Origin: an uncultured Clostridia bacterium
GTDB taxonomy: Bacteria; Bacillota; Clostridia; TANB77; CAG-508
Length of the DNA stretch: 64,000 nucleotides
Direction of reading: 5' to 3'
Assembly: GCA_944390365.1 (NCBI GenBank)
Contig: CALXPW010000003.1
Coordinates: 4,248-68,247, forward strand
Shown: piece by piece, positions 19,856-30,367 of the stretch
How the letters are laid out: each line of letters opens with the position of its first letter
How positions within the stretch are numbered: position 1 is the stretch's first letter
Notes under the pieces: model-generated
What the model was told of the DNA's origin: nothing
The model's database searches: none
The model's input: only the letters and a program-made list of their open reading frames with translations
Program-made: the position numbers and the translations under genes

Positions 19856-20344
19856 ATGATAGATAATAAAAAAGTAAAAATAATAAACTTTATAGAAGAT
19901 TTTGGTTGTTGTAGCTTAAAACAATTACAGATATTATTTAATAGACCGAATGATAATTTTAAAAGCATCTTACAAGGAAATTTTGTGAATAAAAAAGGAG
20001 ATATTTTTGTTCATAAAAAAGCTACTATTGATATGAAAATGATATACGCCTTGGATGTACTATGTAGGTATAAGAAAAGACTAAAACACTATCATAAAGG
20101 TTATGATCCAACATATATTACATTTCTTACAACTGATAATATGCTATACAATATAATTGTTACAGATAAAACAAACGAACAAGGTGTGTTAAAATTACTA
20201 CGAATAAACTCTCCAACTATTCCAGAAGCAGATAAATTTATCCTTTTGTTTGAAGATGAATTATGTTTTAATGAAATAAATTGTAATACACCATATATCT
20301 ATTGCATCTATCCAGAACTAAAAATAGTACAGAAAAAGAAGTGA
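19856..20344 (+). CDS. Hypothetical protein (162 aa)
   Basis: RBS AGGAGG plus ATG. Last gene of the rightward transfer operon. Confidence 0.4.
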   Translation: MIDNKKVKIINFIEDFGCCSLKQLQILFNRPNDNFKSILQGNFVNKKGDIFVHKKATIDMKMIYALDVLCRYKKRLKHYHKGYDPTYITFLTTDNMLYNIIVTDKTNEQGVLKLLRINSPTIPEADKFILLFEDELCFNEINCNTPYIYCIYPELKIVQKKK

Positions 20345-20426
20345 AATGATTGATTTATCGATACTTTTGTGATATATTATATAAAAATAAATGAGTTCAT
20401 ATTATTTATTTTTTATTTACTAATTA

Positions 20427-20447
20427 AAGCAGGTCTTAAACCTGCTT
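20427..20447. terminator. Bidirectional hairpin terminator between convergent genes
   Basis: AAGCAGGT-CTTAA-ACCTGCTT, a perfect 8-bp stem flanked by A/T runs on both sides. Confidence 0.6.
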
Positions 20448-20528
20448 TTAATAATATATTGAAGAATTAATTTAATAGTATGAGAATTGAAATAAGCTAA
20501 AATCAATGAATAGCTTATTTCAAAAATA

Positions 20529-20879
20529 TTATTCATTTCTAGCATTTTCAATATTCTTAAAACTTTTTATAAGTTTTTCAGCTACACTAAAAAACTCCTC
20601 TTGTGTTTTAGCATCAAGCTTCTTTATTTCCTTAAACATATCTTTATACTTAATCTCTAATTGTTTATCCATTTCGAAATCATCCATTAATAAATAATCG
20701 TAAGAAGTATCTAGTTCTTTTACTAATTTTCTCAATAAACTTAAAGAAGGTAGTTTGTTTTTTCTTTCAATATTTGAGATATAACTTGCAACGCTACCTA
20801 CTTTTTCAGCAAGTTCTTCTTGAGTTAAATTTCTTCTATTTCTAACTTCTAGTATTCTATCTCCAATTTTATTATCCAT
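20529..20879 (-). CDS. XRE-family HTH transcriptional regulator
   Basis: N-terminus IGDRILEVRNRRNLTQEELAEKVGSVASYISNIERKNKLPSLSLL is a classic Cro/C1 HTH. Confidence 0.8.
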   Translation of the reverse strand: MDNKIGDRILEVRNRRNLTQEELAEKVGSVASYISNIERKNKLPSLSLLRKLVKELDTSYDYLLMDDFEMDKQLEIKYKDMFKEIKKLDAKTQEEFFSVAEKLIKSFKNIENARNE

Positions 20880-20996
20880 AATATTACCCCATTTACTAAA
20901 AACTATAAATATGATAATATTTTGGTCAAATTTTGGAAATAATTACACAAGAACAAAAATATTGCTCACAGTAATATTAAAAATAAAAAATAAAAG

Positions 20997-21209
20997 CTAA
21001 TTTTCTCTACAATATGTTTCTCTTAAGCACTTAGCTTGTTCTCTAGTTAATCTATTACTACTAACTGCTAATCCTAATAAAGATTCAATATTGTTCCACT
21101 TCATAGATTTACATTCTCCTTTTGCAGTTAGTTCTACATACTCAATTAATTCTTCAAAAATGTAATACGGAATATTAAAATCTGGATTTACTGCATTTTC
21201 TTGTTCCAT
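20997..21209 (-). CDS. Hypothetical small protein (70 aa)
   Basis: Likely start at the internal Met (MEQENAV..) preceded by GAGGAGG. The ORF-track version extends to 21257. Confidence 0.35.
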   Translation of the reverse strand: MEQENAVNPDFNIPYYIFEELIEYVELTAKGECKSMKWNNIESLLGLAVSSNRLTREQAKCLRETYCREN

Positions 21210-21349
21210 AAAAGCCTCCTCAAAAAATATATTACCACTAATATGTAAAAAAGACAATACTTATAAGCAAAAAAGTTGCGTATAATCCCCTCGTAAATTT
21301 ATAAATTTTGTTATAGTATAAATAGTTTAAAATAAATGGAGAGAGGAAA

Positions 21350-21589
21350 ATGTATTTATCAGATGCAATGCGTATTAGGATAGAAAATTTAATTGAAGAG
21401 AATAAAACTAATGCAAATAAACTAGCACTAGATTCAGGTATAAATCGTTCCAATATCAATAGATTTTTAAGAAAACAAAATAAATCTATTACTATTGAAA
21501 GCATTGCACTAATTTGCCAAGCATTAGATATAACTTTAAAAGACTTTTTTGATGATAAAGTGTTTGAAAATGTAGATGTAAATGACTAA
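21350..21589 (+). CDS. XRE-family HTH transcriptional regulator
   Basis: IENLIEENKTNANKLALDSGINRSNINRFLRKQNKSITIESIALICQAL is a HTH_3-like fold. Divergent from 20997-21209. Confidence 0.7.
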   Translation: MYLSDAMRIRIENLIEENKTNANKLALDSGINRSNINRFLRKQNKSITIESIALICQALDITLKDFFDDKVFENVDVND

Positions 21590-21857
21590 ATTTAAGACAA
21601 ATTATAAGAGGTTTTATTTCTCTTATTTTTTTATTTTACAATACTATAGTTTAATATCTTTTGAATAAAAAACTATAAATAAAAGGGGATTGAACAAGAA
21701 GCATCCTAATTTATAGTTAAATTGTTTGTTGATTAAGACAAAAATTCAACAATTGTGATTTTTTTATTTTCCAGTTTATTTTTAAATTTGCAATGTTTTA
21801 TCATAAGTAGTATAATAAATTTAGTTTTATATAAACAAGAGAAAAAGGGGGGTTTTT

Positions 21858-22460
21858 ATGAGTACAAAAAAAATAGTTTTAATTATTGTTCTTATTGTAC
21901 TTGCTTTATTAGTAGGAATTGTTATATGGAGGTATAATGTTTTAAGTGATTTAAGTGAAAAATATGAGCAAAGCACAAAAAGTTCAAATATTTATTATCA
22001 TTCAGAGAGCAATAATTCAATAATTGATTATTGGCGAAAAGATAATATAGTAAAAACTGTATTAACTCAAACTTCATCAAATGCTCAAATAATTCAATGG
22101 ACAAATGCAGAAACAAATGAAAATATTACAGTTTATCCAACTAATAAAACATATTCAGAAAATAACAGTATGATAATGTTTTCAACACTTCCAACAAGTC
22201 AATTTGTAGGTAAAGACGCACCAATATTTTTAATATCAATTTTGCCAACAGTTTTTATATCTTCAAAAGAATATAATGGTCAACAATGTTATTGTATAAG
22301 TAGTGGTGGAGTAAAAGAATATATTAGTAAAGAAAATGGATTAATGGTTTATACTGAATCTTCATCATTAGGTAATGCTGTTAGAACTTATGAATTTGGC
22401 ATTGTAACAGATGAGGATATAGAAAGGCCAGATACTACAGGATATACATATCAACAATAA
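21858..22460 (+). CDS. Membrane-anchored hypothetical protein
   Basis: N-terminal TM helix followed by a ~170-aa extracytoplasmic domain. Confidence 0.4.
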   Translation: MSTKKIVLIIVLIVLALLVGIVIWRYNVLSDLSEKYEQSTKSSNIYYHSESNNSIIDYWRKDNIVKTVLTQTSSNAQIIQWTNAETNENITVYPTNKTYSENNSMIMFSTLPTSQFVGKDAPIFLISILPTVFISSKEYNGQQCYCISSGGVKEYISKENGLMVYTESSSLGNAVRTYEFGIVTDEDIERPDTTGYTYQQ

Positions 22461-22473
22461 TTTGAATATAAAA

Positions 22474-22494
22474 AGGAACTAAAATCTAGTTCCT
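22474..22494. terminator. Bidirectional hairpin terminator
   Basis: AGGAACTA-AAATC-TAGTTCCT, a perfect 8-bp stem between convergent genes with T/A runs on both sides. Confidence 0.6.
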
Positions 22495-22500
22495 TTTATT

Positions 22501-24981
22501 TTATTCAATATCGTGTCTTGCAAATATCTTTGCTGGAGTATCTCCTACAACACTATATAAAGGTATTAAACCAACAAATAAATTAAACAAATAAACAATT
22601 ATAATGCTTAAACCTACAATATTCCAGTTCATAATAAATGTTTTACCTATATCAATACTGTTAATTAGAGTATTCAATATGTAACTCATAAGCATTATTC
22701 CAGGTAAACTTGTTAGTGTTGTTATAGCAAATATTTCTCCTATAAACATTTTATATATATCCGATTTTTTTACACCTATTGCTCTCAATATGCCTATTTC
22801 TTTTATTCTTGATAAGAATGAAGATCGTATCATTAAGAATATTTCTATTAAAGATATAGATAGTACAATTACTGCAAATATAATATTACTAATTACTTCA
22901 TCTTCTCTTTCCTTAATATAAGATTGTTTATCCTTTTCGTATGTATCTACAATATCTAAACCATACTTATTTTTAAAGGTATCTAAAACTTTTTCTTTAT
23001 TTTGAGTATAAATCATAAAACTATTATTGTTATTAATAACATTATATTTAATGGTGTTCCCATTAACAAAATAATTTTGTTTATCTGTTTTACTTTTATA
23101 GTATCCAACAACTTTTAGTTTTTTACCATTTACTCTAGCATCTATTGTTTCATTAAGTTCCATCTCATCTTCATTTATGATATTTACAATAACTTCATAA
23201 TCATTTTTAGGCCATTTTCCTTCTTCCAATGTTATATCATCTAAATATAAACTATAATCCATAATTTTTTCAGTTATTTGTTCCTCTTGATTATTATTAA
23301 ATATATTCGTACTATAATTATTACTTTGTGTATTGTGAAGTATATTAATGAAATTATCTTTATTCATATATATAGATGGACTTTTTTTATCTGTTATGCC
23401 TACTATAGTAAAATCTTCTACATTATCTATAGATAATTTCTTTCCCAATAAATCTTCTGTGTCCTTTATTCCTAAATCAATCAGTACTGTATTATCTGCA
23501 CTTGAATATCCGTTGCTATATCCTATGGTATCAATTTTATCAATTACCATTTTATCAATTACAACTTCATTATCATTTTCTGGCATTTTTCCACATAAAA
23601 GGTCTTCTGGTATAATTGCATTTATGCCTGTTAATGATCCATCTATCATTAAATAAGCATCTGCTGTTTGGTAATATTCTTCAAATTTCATTTTAAATGT
23701 TATAAGACTATCTCCTGGAAGTATATACTCGACACCATCTTGTTTTTCATATTTTAAGTAATCTTCAACATCTATTTTTCCAGATTCTACTTGTAAATAA
23801 TTTGGGTTTTTGGTTATAAAATCTTCATCTTTTATTTGTTGTGTTCCAAATATATTGCTTATCGAATATACCACAAACATTGCTGATAGAAAATATCCTA
23901 TAAGTAATATTTTTTTCATTATAGTATAGGTAGAAATCTTTTTAAATCCATTTATTATTGATTTTAATAATCCATTTATTGAACTATATCTTAATTTTTT
24001 CTTTTTGGATATAATCTCATCTAAATTATAATTATATTTTTCATAAATACTTTTATCAATTTTTTTATAATGGTCATTTATCAACTCAATCGGAGAATCT
24101 TCATCAACAACTTCCACTTTTTTATTATTAGACTCAATATAAATATTTCCATTTTTGGCAACAAGTTTAACATCTATATTTTCATTTTCTTCTGTAAATA
24201 CTTCTATTTTACAATTCTCTTTATTTATATTTTCAATATTTTTTAAATCTTTTAAATATATTTTATTATCTAATCTATACTCTAAAGAATCATTTATTTT
24301 ATTTTCATAATCGTTTATAATTTTACCATCTTGTATTTCTATTATTCTCGAAGCATAAAATTTTGCAAGTTCAACTTCATGTGTTACAAGTATAACTAGC
24401 TTGTCTTTGGATATTGCTTTTATTATGTTCATTATTTCCAATGAATTTTTACTATCTAAATTTCCTGTTGGTTCATCTGCAATTATGATATTAGGACTTT
24501 TTACAATGGCTCGTGCTATAGCAACTCTTTGTCTTTCTCCACCAGATAACATTTTGGCTGGTCTATTTCTATACCTATACATATCTACACTTTCAAGCAC
24601 ATAATTTACCCTTTTGGATATTTCCTTTTTATCCTTAATTCCTATCAATTTTAGTGAAATTGCCACATTGTCAAAAACTGTATAATTTTCTATCAACTTG
24701 TAATCTTGAAAAATATATCCTATATTTAGGGTTCTTATTTTATCTATCTTGTGTGTTGGAGTCATTTTAGTTATCTTATGACCATTTATATATATTTTTC
24801 CTTTATTAGCTTTATCTAATCCACCTATAACATTTAATAATGTTGTTTTTCCACTTCCAGACGCACCTAATAATGCAACAATACCAGGTTTATCAAATTC
24901 TAGTGTAGTATTGTTAATAATATGTATTTGATTTCTTTTTCTCTTATTAAAATATTTATTTAATTTTTCGATTTTTAACAT
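22501..24981 (-). CDS. ABC transporter, fused ATP-binding and FtsX-type permease (MacB-like)
   Basis: Walker A GASGSGKTT, signature LSGGERQRV, Walker B IIIADEPTGNLD. Long extracytoplasmic region and C-terminal FtsX-like TM helices. Confidence 0.85.
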   Translation of the reverse strand: MLKIEKLNKYFNKRKRNQIHIINNTTLEFDKPGIVALLGASGSGKTTLLNVIGGLDKANKGKIYINGHKITKMTPTHKIDKIRTLNIGYIFQDYKLIENYTVFDNVAISLKLIGIKDKKEISKRVNYVLESVDMYRYRNRPAKMLSGGERQRVAIARAIVKSPNIIIADEPTGNLDSKNSLEIMNIIKAISKDKLVILVTHEVELAKFYASRIIEIQDGKIINDYENKINDSLEYRLDNKIYLKDLKNIENINKENCKIEVFTEENENIDVKLVAKNGNIYIESNNKKVEVVDEDSPIELINDHYKKIDKSIYEKYNYNLDEIISKKKKLRYSSINGLLKSIINGFKKISTYTIMKKILLIGYFLSAMFVVYSISNIFGTQQIKDEDFITKNPNYLQVESGKIDVEDYLKYEKQDGVEYILPGDSLITFKMKFEEYYQTADAYLMIDGSLTGINAIIPEDLLCGKMPENDNEVVIDKMVIDKIDTIGYSNGYSSADNTVLIDLGIKDTEDLLGKKLSIDNVEDFTIVGITDKKSPSIYMNKDNFINILHNTQSNNYSTNIFNNNQEEQITEKIMDYSLYLDDITLEEGKWPKNDYEVIVNIINEDEMELNETIDARVNGKKLKVVGYYKSKTDKQNYFVNGNTIKYNVINNNNSFMIYTQNKEKVLDTFKNKYGLDIVDTYEKDKQSYIKEREDEVISNIIFAVIVLSISLIEIFLMIRSSFLSRIKEIGILRAIGVKKSDIYKMFIGEIFAITTLTSLPGIMLMSYILNTLINSIDIGKTFIMNWNIVGLSIIIVYLFNLFVGLIPLYSVVGDTPAKIFARHDIE

Positions 24982-24984
24982 ATA

Positions 24985-27195
24985 CTACACCTCCTCATTA
25001 TAAGTATTGATAGCAGTATCTTTAAATAGATTTTTAGATACTTTTCTTGAAATCAATATTGATATTAATAGAAGTATAATATATATTAAGACATATTCTT
25101 TAATTCCTAAATATTTTATAAGCATTGGTAAATAAGTAAATTTAATTATATTATTTTTTATTATACTAAATAATATTAACGATACTATATAGGCTATACT
25201 TGAATTTACAAACAATTCTATAGTCAAAATTTGTTTTACATCTCGATATGTAGAGCCAAGCATTCTTAATGTTGTATAGTATATATTTCTTGATTTTAAT
25301 ATAATTCTAATTATAAAATATGATACAAAAAATAATACTATAACTAAAATTACTGTTACAATAGTTTTTATTAGTTTTACTATTTGTTGATTTGATGAAA
25401 TATCATCTTTTTTATAATCAGTTATCTTTTTAGCATCCATTCCTAAATTTTCTAACTCTTGTACTGTTTCATCTATATTTTCTGTGTTTTTTACATATAC
25501 ACTTGACTGATATGATGGTTTGTTAAATAATGATTCATATTCTTCTTTATTTACAAATATAGCTTGTCTATATTTATCAAATGACTCATAGCCAGTAAGT
25601 CTATTAAAAGAATTTTTAGAAAAAGTATCTTCTATCTCTAAATCTAATTCGTCTGTATAGTATATGTTTTGAACTTCTATTATAATGTTCATACCGCTAA
25701 CACTACGTTCTTCTACTTGGTAATTCCAATCATCACTAACTATTGCTTGTCCTTTCTCTACTTTATCACTTGGAACAATTGTCCTATAAGAATCATATTG
25801 GTTATTAAAGAAAGTTCTTAATTTACTATTCATTTTATTGACATATACTCTCAATTTTTCTAGTTGTTCTGATGACATATATATTTTTCCAGTATAGTCT
25901 TTATCGTTATCATTATATTTAATTCCTACAATTTTTAATTGCTCTATTATATTATCACCACTTATACCTTCAATTAAAAAGTTTTTATTTAATACTTCAT
26001 CTAAATTTTCTTCTATGTAATAATTTTTTCTACTTGTTTGTAAGACTATTTCATTATCACTTTCAGGAATTCTGCCCACATCGACTTTTTCTTTAAAATT
26101 TGATATATCGTTCATTCCTACTGAAAAAGTAACATATTCGCTTATAGAATTTCTGTTTAAATTTATTTTTGTGTCAAGAAATATATCGTTCTCTACTATA
26201 TAATCTACATTTTCAATTTTTTTTATATTATTATAGTCTTTTGCCCCAAATGCTGTTTTATCTGCTTTTTTTATTATTATTCTATTTTCAGATAAATCAT
26301 TGAAAAATCTGTTAGTCGGAATTACAACACTTTCTTCTTCTGTCATCTTAAAGCTCGCATATTCTAGTGATAAGGCTAATGTTATAAACAGGAATACTGA
26401 AAATAATAGAAAGAATTTTGATTTAATATTAAATGTGTTTCTTAACCCTAGCCTAAATTTATTAAATAATGTCATTTTATTATATTTGTTAACTTTTATC
26501 GCTATATCATTATTTACTTCTTTAAGTTTTCTATCTTCTATAATTCTTCCATCATTCATTGTTATTATTCTTGTTGCATATTCTTCTACTTGCTCGATAT
26601 TATGTGTTACTATTATAACTAATTTATTTTTTGCTACTTCTTTTAGAATTTTTATGATGTCTTTTGCCGATTCTGTATCTAAATTTCCTGTTGGTTCATC
26701 TGCAACTATTATTGGTGTTTCTTTTACCATTGCTCTAGCTATGGCTACTCTTTGCTTTTGCCCTCCAGATAATTTTGATACTTTAGTATTTTTAAATTTT
26801 GATAAACCTACTTGCTTAATTATGTCTAAAACTTTTTTCTTGATTTGTCTTTTTTTATAACCATTTAATAATAAAGCTAGTTCTACATTTTGATATACTG
26901 TATAACTATTAACTAAATTAAAATTTTGAAATATATTTGCAATATATTTTCTTCTGTAATCTTCAAAATCTTTTTCTGTATAATGGCTTGTTTCTTTGCC
27001 ATTTATATACATTTCTCCTTCTTCATAACTATCTAGTCCTGATATTACATTTAATAATGTACTTTTCCCACTTCCAGATTCTCCAGTTATTGCAATAAAT
27101 TCTCCCATTTTTAATTCCAAGTTTATTTTGGTAATTCCCGATGCTATTATTCCCTTATTGTAATAAAATTTAGATACATTTTTTAATTTCAACAT
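24985..27195 (-). CDS. ABC transporter, fused ATP-binding and FtsX-type permease (MacB-like)
   Basis: Walker A GESGSGKST, signature LSGGQKQRV, Walker B IIVADEPTGNLD. C-terminal TM bundle. Confidence 0.85.
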   Translation of the reverse strand: MLKLKNVSKFYYNKGIIASGITKINLELKMGEFIAITGESGSGKSTLLNVISGLDSYEEGEMYINGKETSHYTEKDFEDYRRKYIANIFQNFNLVNSYTVYQNVELALLLNGYKKRQIKKKVLDIIKQVGLSKFKNTKVSKLSGGQKQRVAIARAMVKETPIIVADEPTGNLDTESAKDIIKILKEVAKNKLVIIVTHNIEQVEEYATRIITMNDGRIIEDRKLKEVNNDIAIKVNKYNKMTLFNKFRLGLRNTFNIKSKFFLLFSVFLFITLALSLEYASFKMTEEESVVIPTNRFFNDLSENRIIIKKADKTAFGAKDYNNIKKIENVDYIVENDIFLDTKINLNRNSISEYVTFSVGMNDISNFKEKVDVGRIPESDNEIVLQTSRKNYYIEENLDEVLNKNFLIEGISGDNIIEQLKIVGIKYNDNDKDYTGKIYMSSEQLEKLRVYVNKMNSKLRTFFNNQYDSYRTIVPSDKVEKGQAIVSDDWNYQVEERSVSGMNIIIEVQNIYYTDELDLEIEDTFSKNSFNRLTGYESFDKYRQAIFVNKEEYESLFNKPSYQSSVYVKNTENIDETVQELENLGMDAKKITDYKKDDISSNQQIVKLIKTIVTVILVIVLFFVSYFIIRIILKSRNIYYTTLRMLGSTYRDVKQILTIELFVNSSIAYIVSLILFSIIKNNIIKFTYLPMLIKYLGIKEYVLIYIILLLISILISRKVSKNLFKDTAINTYNEEV

Positions 27196-27277
27196 TTAAT
27201 TTTTCCCCTTTTTCAGTACAAGTATTTTCTTTAAGTATATAACAAATAAAAGTGTTTTTCATTATATTTTAAATATT

Positions 27278-28024
27278 TTATGAAAAAAGTGTTTTGTATA
27301 AATCTTTGGCATTTTGTATTGCATCTTCTTTTGACATTTCGCTATGATTATAAGGATATATTCTACTATTTCCTTTTTTTAAATATATTTGCCAACTAGG
27401 ATAAAATTTTACTCCACAAAAATCTACAAATTCATTAATTATACTTACATTTTTGTCTATATCTTCATAATTATTTATTACTAAATGAGTATCATAATCA
27501 AGTATTCCATCTGTAATATTTTCTTCTACTATAAAATACTCTTTATTTGGACTATCCCATTTATTGAAATAATATTTATGAACTCTATCTAAAAAGTCTT
27601 CTGTCAAGTTACCAAAATTTTTAATAGCTGTAAATTTTATTTCATTATTTTCTTCTAATTCAAATTTATATATTCCATTTTCTCTTTCATCAACATTTTT
27701 TGATATGACTTTTATTTTAACATTATACATTTTTTCTATCGTATCTATAACTGAAACATTAGTCCTTTCTTTAAAATTAGAGAGATTAACATATACATTT
27801 AATAATACTAAGAAAATAGCTATTGTAAATATAATGATAGCAAAAATTTTTAATGTTTTTCCTGTTATATTTAAACATTTGACAACTTTATCTATTTTTT
27901 TTCTTTGTTTTTTAGTATCAAGATTATTATATTTATTATATTCGATTCCAAATTTTTCTTTTTGACTTTCTATTCTGTTTTCATTCCATCTTTCTAATTC
28001 TTCCCAATCTTCTTTATTATACAT
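27278..28024 (-). CDS. Single-pass membrane protein, first gene of the ABC operon
   Basis: 248-aa ORF with one central TM helix (LKIFAIIIFTIAIFLVLLNVYV). Confidence 0.4.
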   Translation of the reverse strand: MYNKEDWEELERWNENRIESQKEKFGIEYNKYNNLDTKKQRKKIDKVVKCLNITGKTLKIFAIIIFTIAIFLVLLNVYVNLSNFKERTNVSVIDTIEKMYNVKIKVISKNVDERENGIYKFELEENNEIKFTAIKNFGNLTEDFLDRVHKYYFNKWDSPNKEYFIVEENITDGILDYDTHLVINNYEDIDKNVSIINEFVDFCGVKFYPSWQIYLKKGNSRIYPYNHSEMSKEDAIQNAKDLYKTLFS

Positions 28025-28174
28025 ATTTTATTCTCTTTCCATTCGCTAGAGAATCTGTACATAATGAACAAATCTTAATTATCAGTCATTATTCAACTTT
28101 CTCCTCTAAACATTTAATATATAGATTACTATATATTAAATATTTTATCAGTTTTTTTATTTTTTGTCGAATAT

Positions 28175-28218
28175 TTTTGCAATATATGGAAATATTTTGC
28201 AAAATATGGAAATATTTT
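28175..28218 (+). repeat. Tandem 20-bp repeat TTTTGCAA(T/A)ATATGGAAATA x2 (candidate operator)
   Basis: 28175-28194 and 28195-28214 differ at one base. Immediately upstream of a TTACTT-16nt-TATAAT promoter-like sequence. Confidence 0.5.
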
Positions 28219-28220
28219 AT

Positions 28221-28248
28221 TTACTTTTTAAAAATCTTATGATATAAT
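28221..28248 (+). promoter_or_regulatory. Sigma-A-like promoter for the GC-rich secreted-protein gene
   Basis: TTACTT (28221-28226), 16-nt spacer, TATAAT (28243-28248). Followed by an 8-bp inverted repeat GAATGATT..AATCATTC in the leader. Confidence 0.4.
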
Positions 28249-28350
28249 ATTTTACAAGCTTATTCGTAAGAATGATTTGCGAATGCAATCATTCGATAAG
28301 CGAAAAAAATAGTGGGAAATGCTAATTGTCAAACAACGGAGGTAATTACT

Positions 28351-28848
28351 ATGAAAAGACTTTTTGGTATTCTCTTAACCTTTGCGTTGACTCTTACCTG
28401 CTTTGGTGGTACAACTGCTTTTGCAGCAGAAGTCAACCCTAATTCGGAAGTGGCAACCATTTCCGAATCGGCAAATGCCGAAATCTCGCCCAGAGGCACT
28501 TTGAGTGGTTATGGGTCTGTTTGGCATAATGCTGGCTCAAGTTGCGATGGCACTTTCTATGTTGATGTTACAGGGTCTTCCTGGTTGACTGCACAAGTAA
28601 CTTTCAACATTGAGAATTTCGGTCCCGACGATGCTGTTGCTGTATGGCTTTATAGGCCGGATGGTTCGTTCGCATGGTCAACTCTCGACAACACTAGTAC
28701 CAGTATGATTACTATGGCCAATAAAGACAACTGGCACAACATCACGTTTTTTGGTGGTCAGACTGGCAGATACATTGTCCAATATTCTATCGTCAACTTT
28801 GCTGGTCAAGAACCTGGGTCAGGACGTATTAACTGTTGGATTTATTGA
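28351..28848 (+). CDS. Secreted protein of unknown function, compositional outlier
   Basis: RBS ACGGAGG plus ATG 28351. Signal peptide MKRLFGILLTFALTLTCFGGTTAFA|AE. Codon usage is visibly G/C-richer (GGC, CCC, GCC, TCG) than every neighbour. Confidence 0.6.
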   Translation: MKRLFGILLTFALTLTCFGGTTAFAAEVNPNSEVATISESANAEISPRGTLSGYGSVWHNAGSSCDGTFYVDVTGSSWLTAQVTFNIENFGPDDAVAVWLYRPDGSFAWSTLDNTSTSMITMANKDNWHNITFFGGQTGRYIVQYSIVNFAGQEPGSGRINCWIY

Positions 28849-28913
28849 TTACATTCAATAACAAACAGTAATGCTCACAAGTAAGTAACTAATTAATGTA
28901 TTTTCCACTATTT

Positions 28914-28948
28914 CCGCAGATTTTGTTATTCAAGTCTGCGGTTTTTTT
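28914..28948 (+). terminator. Rho-independent terminator
   Basis: CCGCAGA..(loop)..TCTGCGG followed by TTTTTTT. Confidence 0.7.
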
Positions 28949-29085
28949 CTTTTCACATTAATATTTTTTTATCTTTACAATTCTATGAATAATATATAAT
29001 TATAAAACTAATTATATATTACTATAAAATAAGTCTACCCTATATAAAATAAGGTAGACTATAAATACAATTCTTTTTACACAAA

Positions 29086-30157
29086 TTAAGCAACTCTATC
29101 TAATCTGTATAAGGTTAAAAAGTCATCTTTTAAAACATCTTTATAATCTCTAACATACTTTACTTCTAAATTATAGCCAAGTGGTATTAAATCTCTAAAT
29201 ACTCTATTTATAATATAGTCTAAATTTTGATTATCTACAGAGCGGACTGTAAATATAATATTGTGTATATTGGTATTATCCATTGCCTTTAAAATTTGAT
29301 AAGAATTACTAATACTAGAAAAGGCAATTATTGGTACATTTAATATAGCTTTAATAAGATTACCTAATAGCAAATCATCTGTTAATACAACAGTTTTGGT
29401 ATTAGCAGTTATATTACTTTTACTAATCCAATTTTTGGTTGCTGTACCATTTATTTTACCATTACTAGAAAACCACATATCTGTTACACCATTATATTCC
29501 TTATCTAAGTGTATTGATAGTGCTTGTATTCTGTTCTGCTCATCAAATAATGGAATAAAGAAACCACGAGGACCAGAAAAAGTCCAGCACCAGTCTTCTT
29601 CTTGAAAAAAACCAGGAATGCCTGCTAAATCATACTTTCTTTTTAAACTGTTTGATATTAGCCTTCTTTTTATTTTTTTCTTAGGAATAGAACGATACAT
29701 TTGCTCGTTTATTGTGCTATTTAAAAAGCCGATTCTTCGCAAATAACTTTTGTGATGACCTTCTAAATTTAACATATTTAAAAAGTCCCTATAAACCATA
29801 TCTCTTGTTTCAATGTTGGCTAATTCATTGATAGGACTAATTGTTATATTGGACCTTTCTATTGAAAAGCATTCTCTATTTAATAGTTCTCTATATGCTT
29901 TTTTATTATCAATATTTCTCACTTTTGCATATAGACCAATACTAAATCCACCTTCACCGCATCTGCTACAACAATATTTATTATTTTGTAGATTTAAACT
30001 TAATGTAGCTACCTTAGAAAGTTTATTATATCCGACAAAACGGACATATTGCCTTTATTTCTGGTCCGCTATTATCAGTTATTTCTAAAGATAACTGGTA
30101 AGCTACATTTAAAATATTTATGTGCCTTTGTACTTGTATAAAGTCTAATTTATCCAT
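29086..30157 (-). CDS. Zinc-finger / Toprim-like primase-related protein (~356 aa; recoded at CGG, plus-strand CCG 30032-30034)
   Basis: ATG 30157. MDKLDFIQVQRHINILNVAYQLSLEITDNSGPEIKAICPFC|GYNKLSKVATLSLNLQNNKYCCSRCGEGGFSIGLYAKV.. restores a CxxC..CxxC zinc knuckle and runs into ORF-track 29086-29922. VVLTDDLLLG is a possible Toprim acidic motif. Confidence 0.5.
30032..30034 (-). other. In-frame CGG, +1 recoding site
   Basis: UGU CGG A; joins KAICPFC|GYNKLSKVATL. Confidence 0.75.
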
Positions 30158-30192
30158 AGTATCAATTCCTTTCTTTTTATATATTGTAAATA

Positions 30193-30366
30193 TTACTCTT
30201 TACTTTCCTTTTCTTTTCGTAATCCTGCTAATCCAACACCTACTAAAAAGCAGTTTAATATATGCTTTTTTTCTTCTATATTTAGTTCTTTAGTCATTCT
30301 CATTATTGCTAATAATAATTCAGTCCATGCTTTGCACTTTTCTCGATTAATATTACTTTTCATCAT
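30193..30366 (-). CDS. Small hypothetical protein (57 aa)
   Basis: MMKSNINREKCKAWTELLLAIMRMTKELNIEEKKHILNCFLVGVGLAGLRKEKESKE fills the gap between two operon genes. Below the ORF-track cut-off. Confidence 0.3.
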   Translation of the reverse strand: MMKSNINREKCKAWTELLLAIMRMTKELNIEEKKHILNCFLVGVGLAGLRKEKESKE

Positions 30367-30367
30367 T

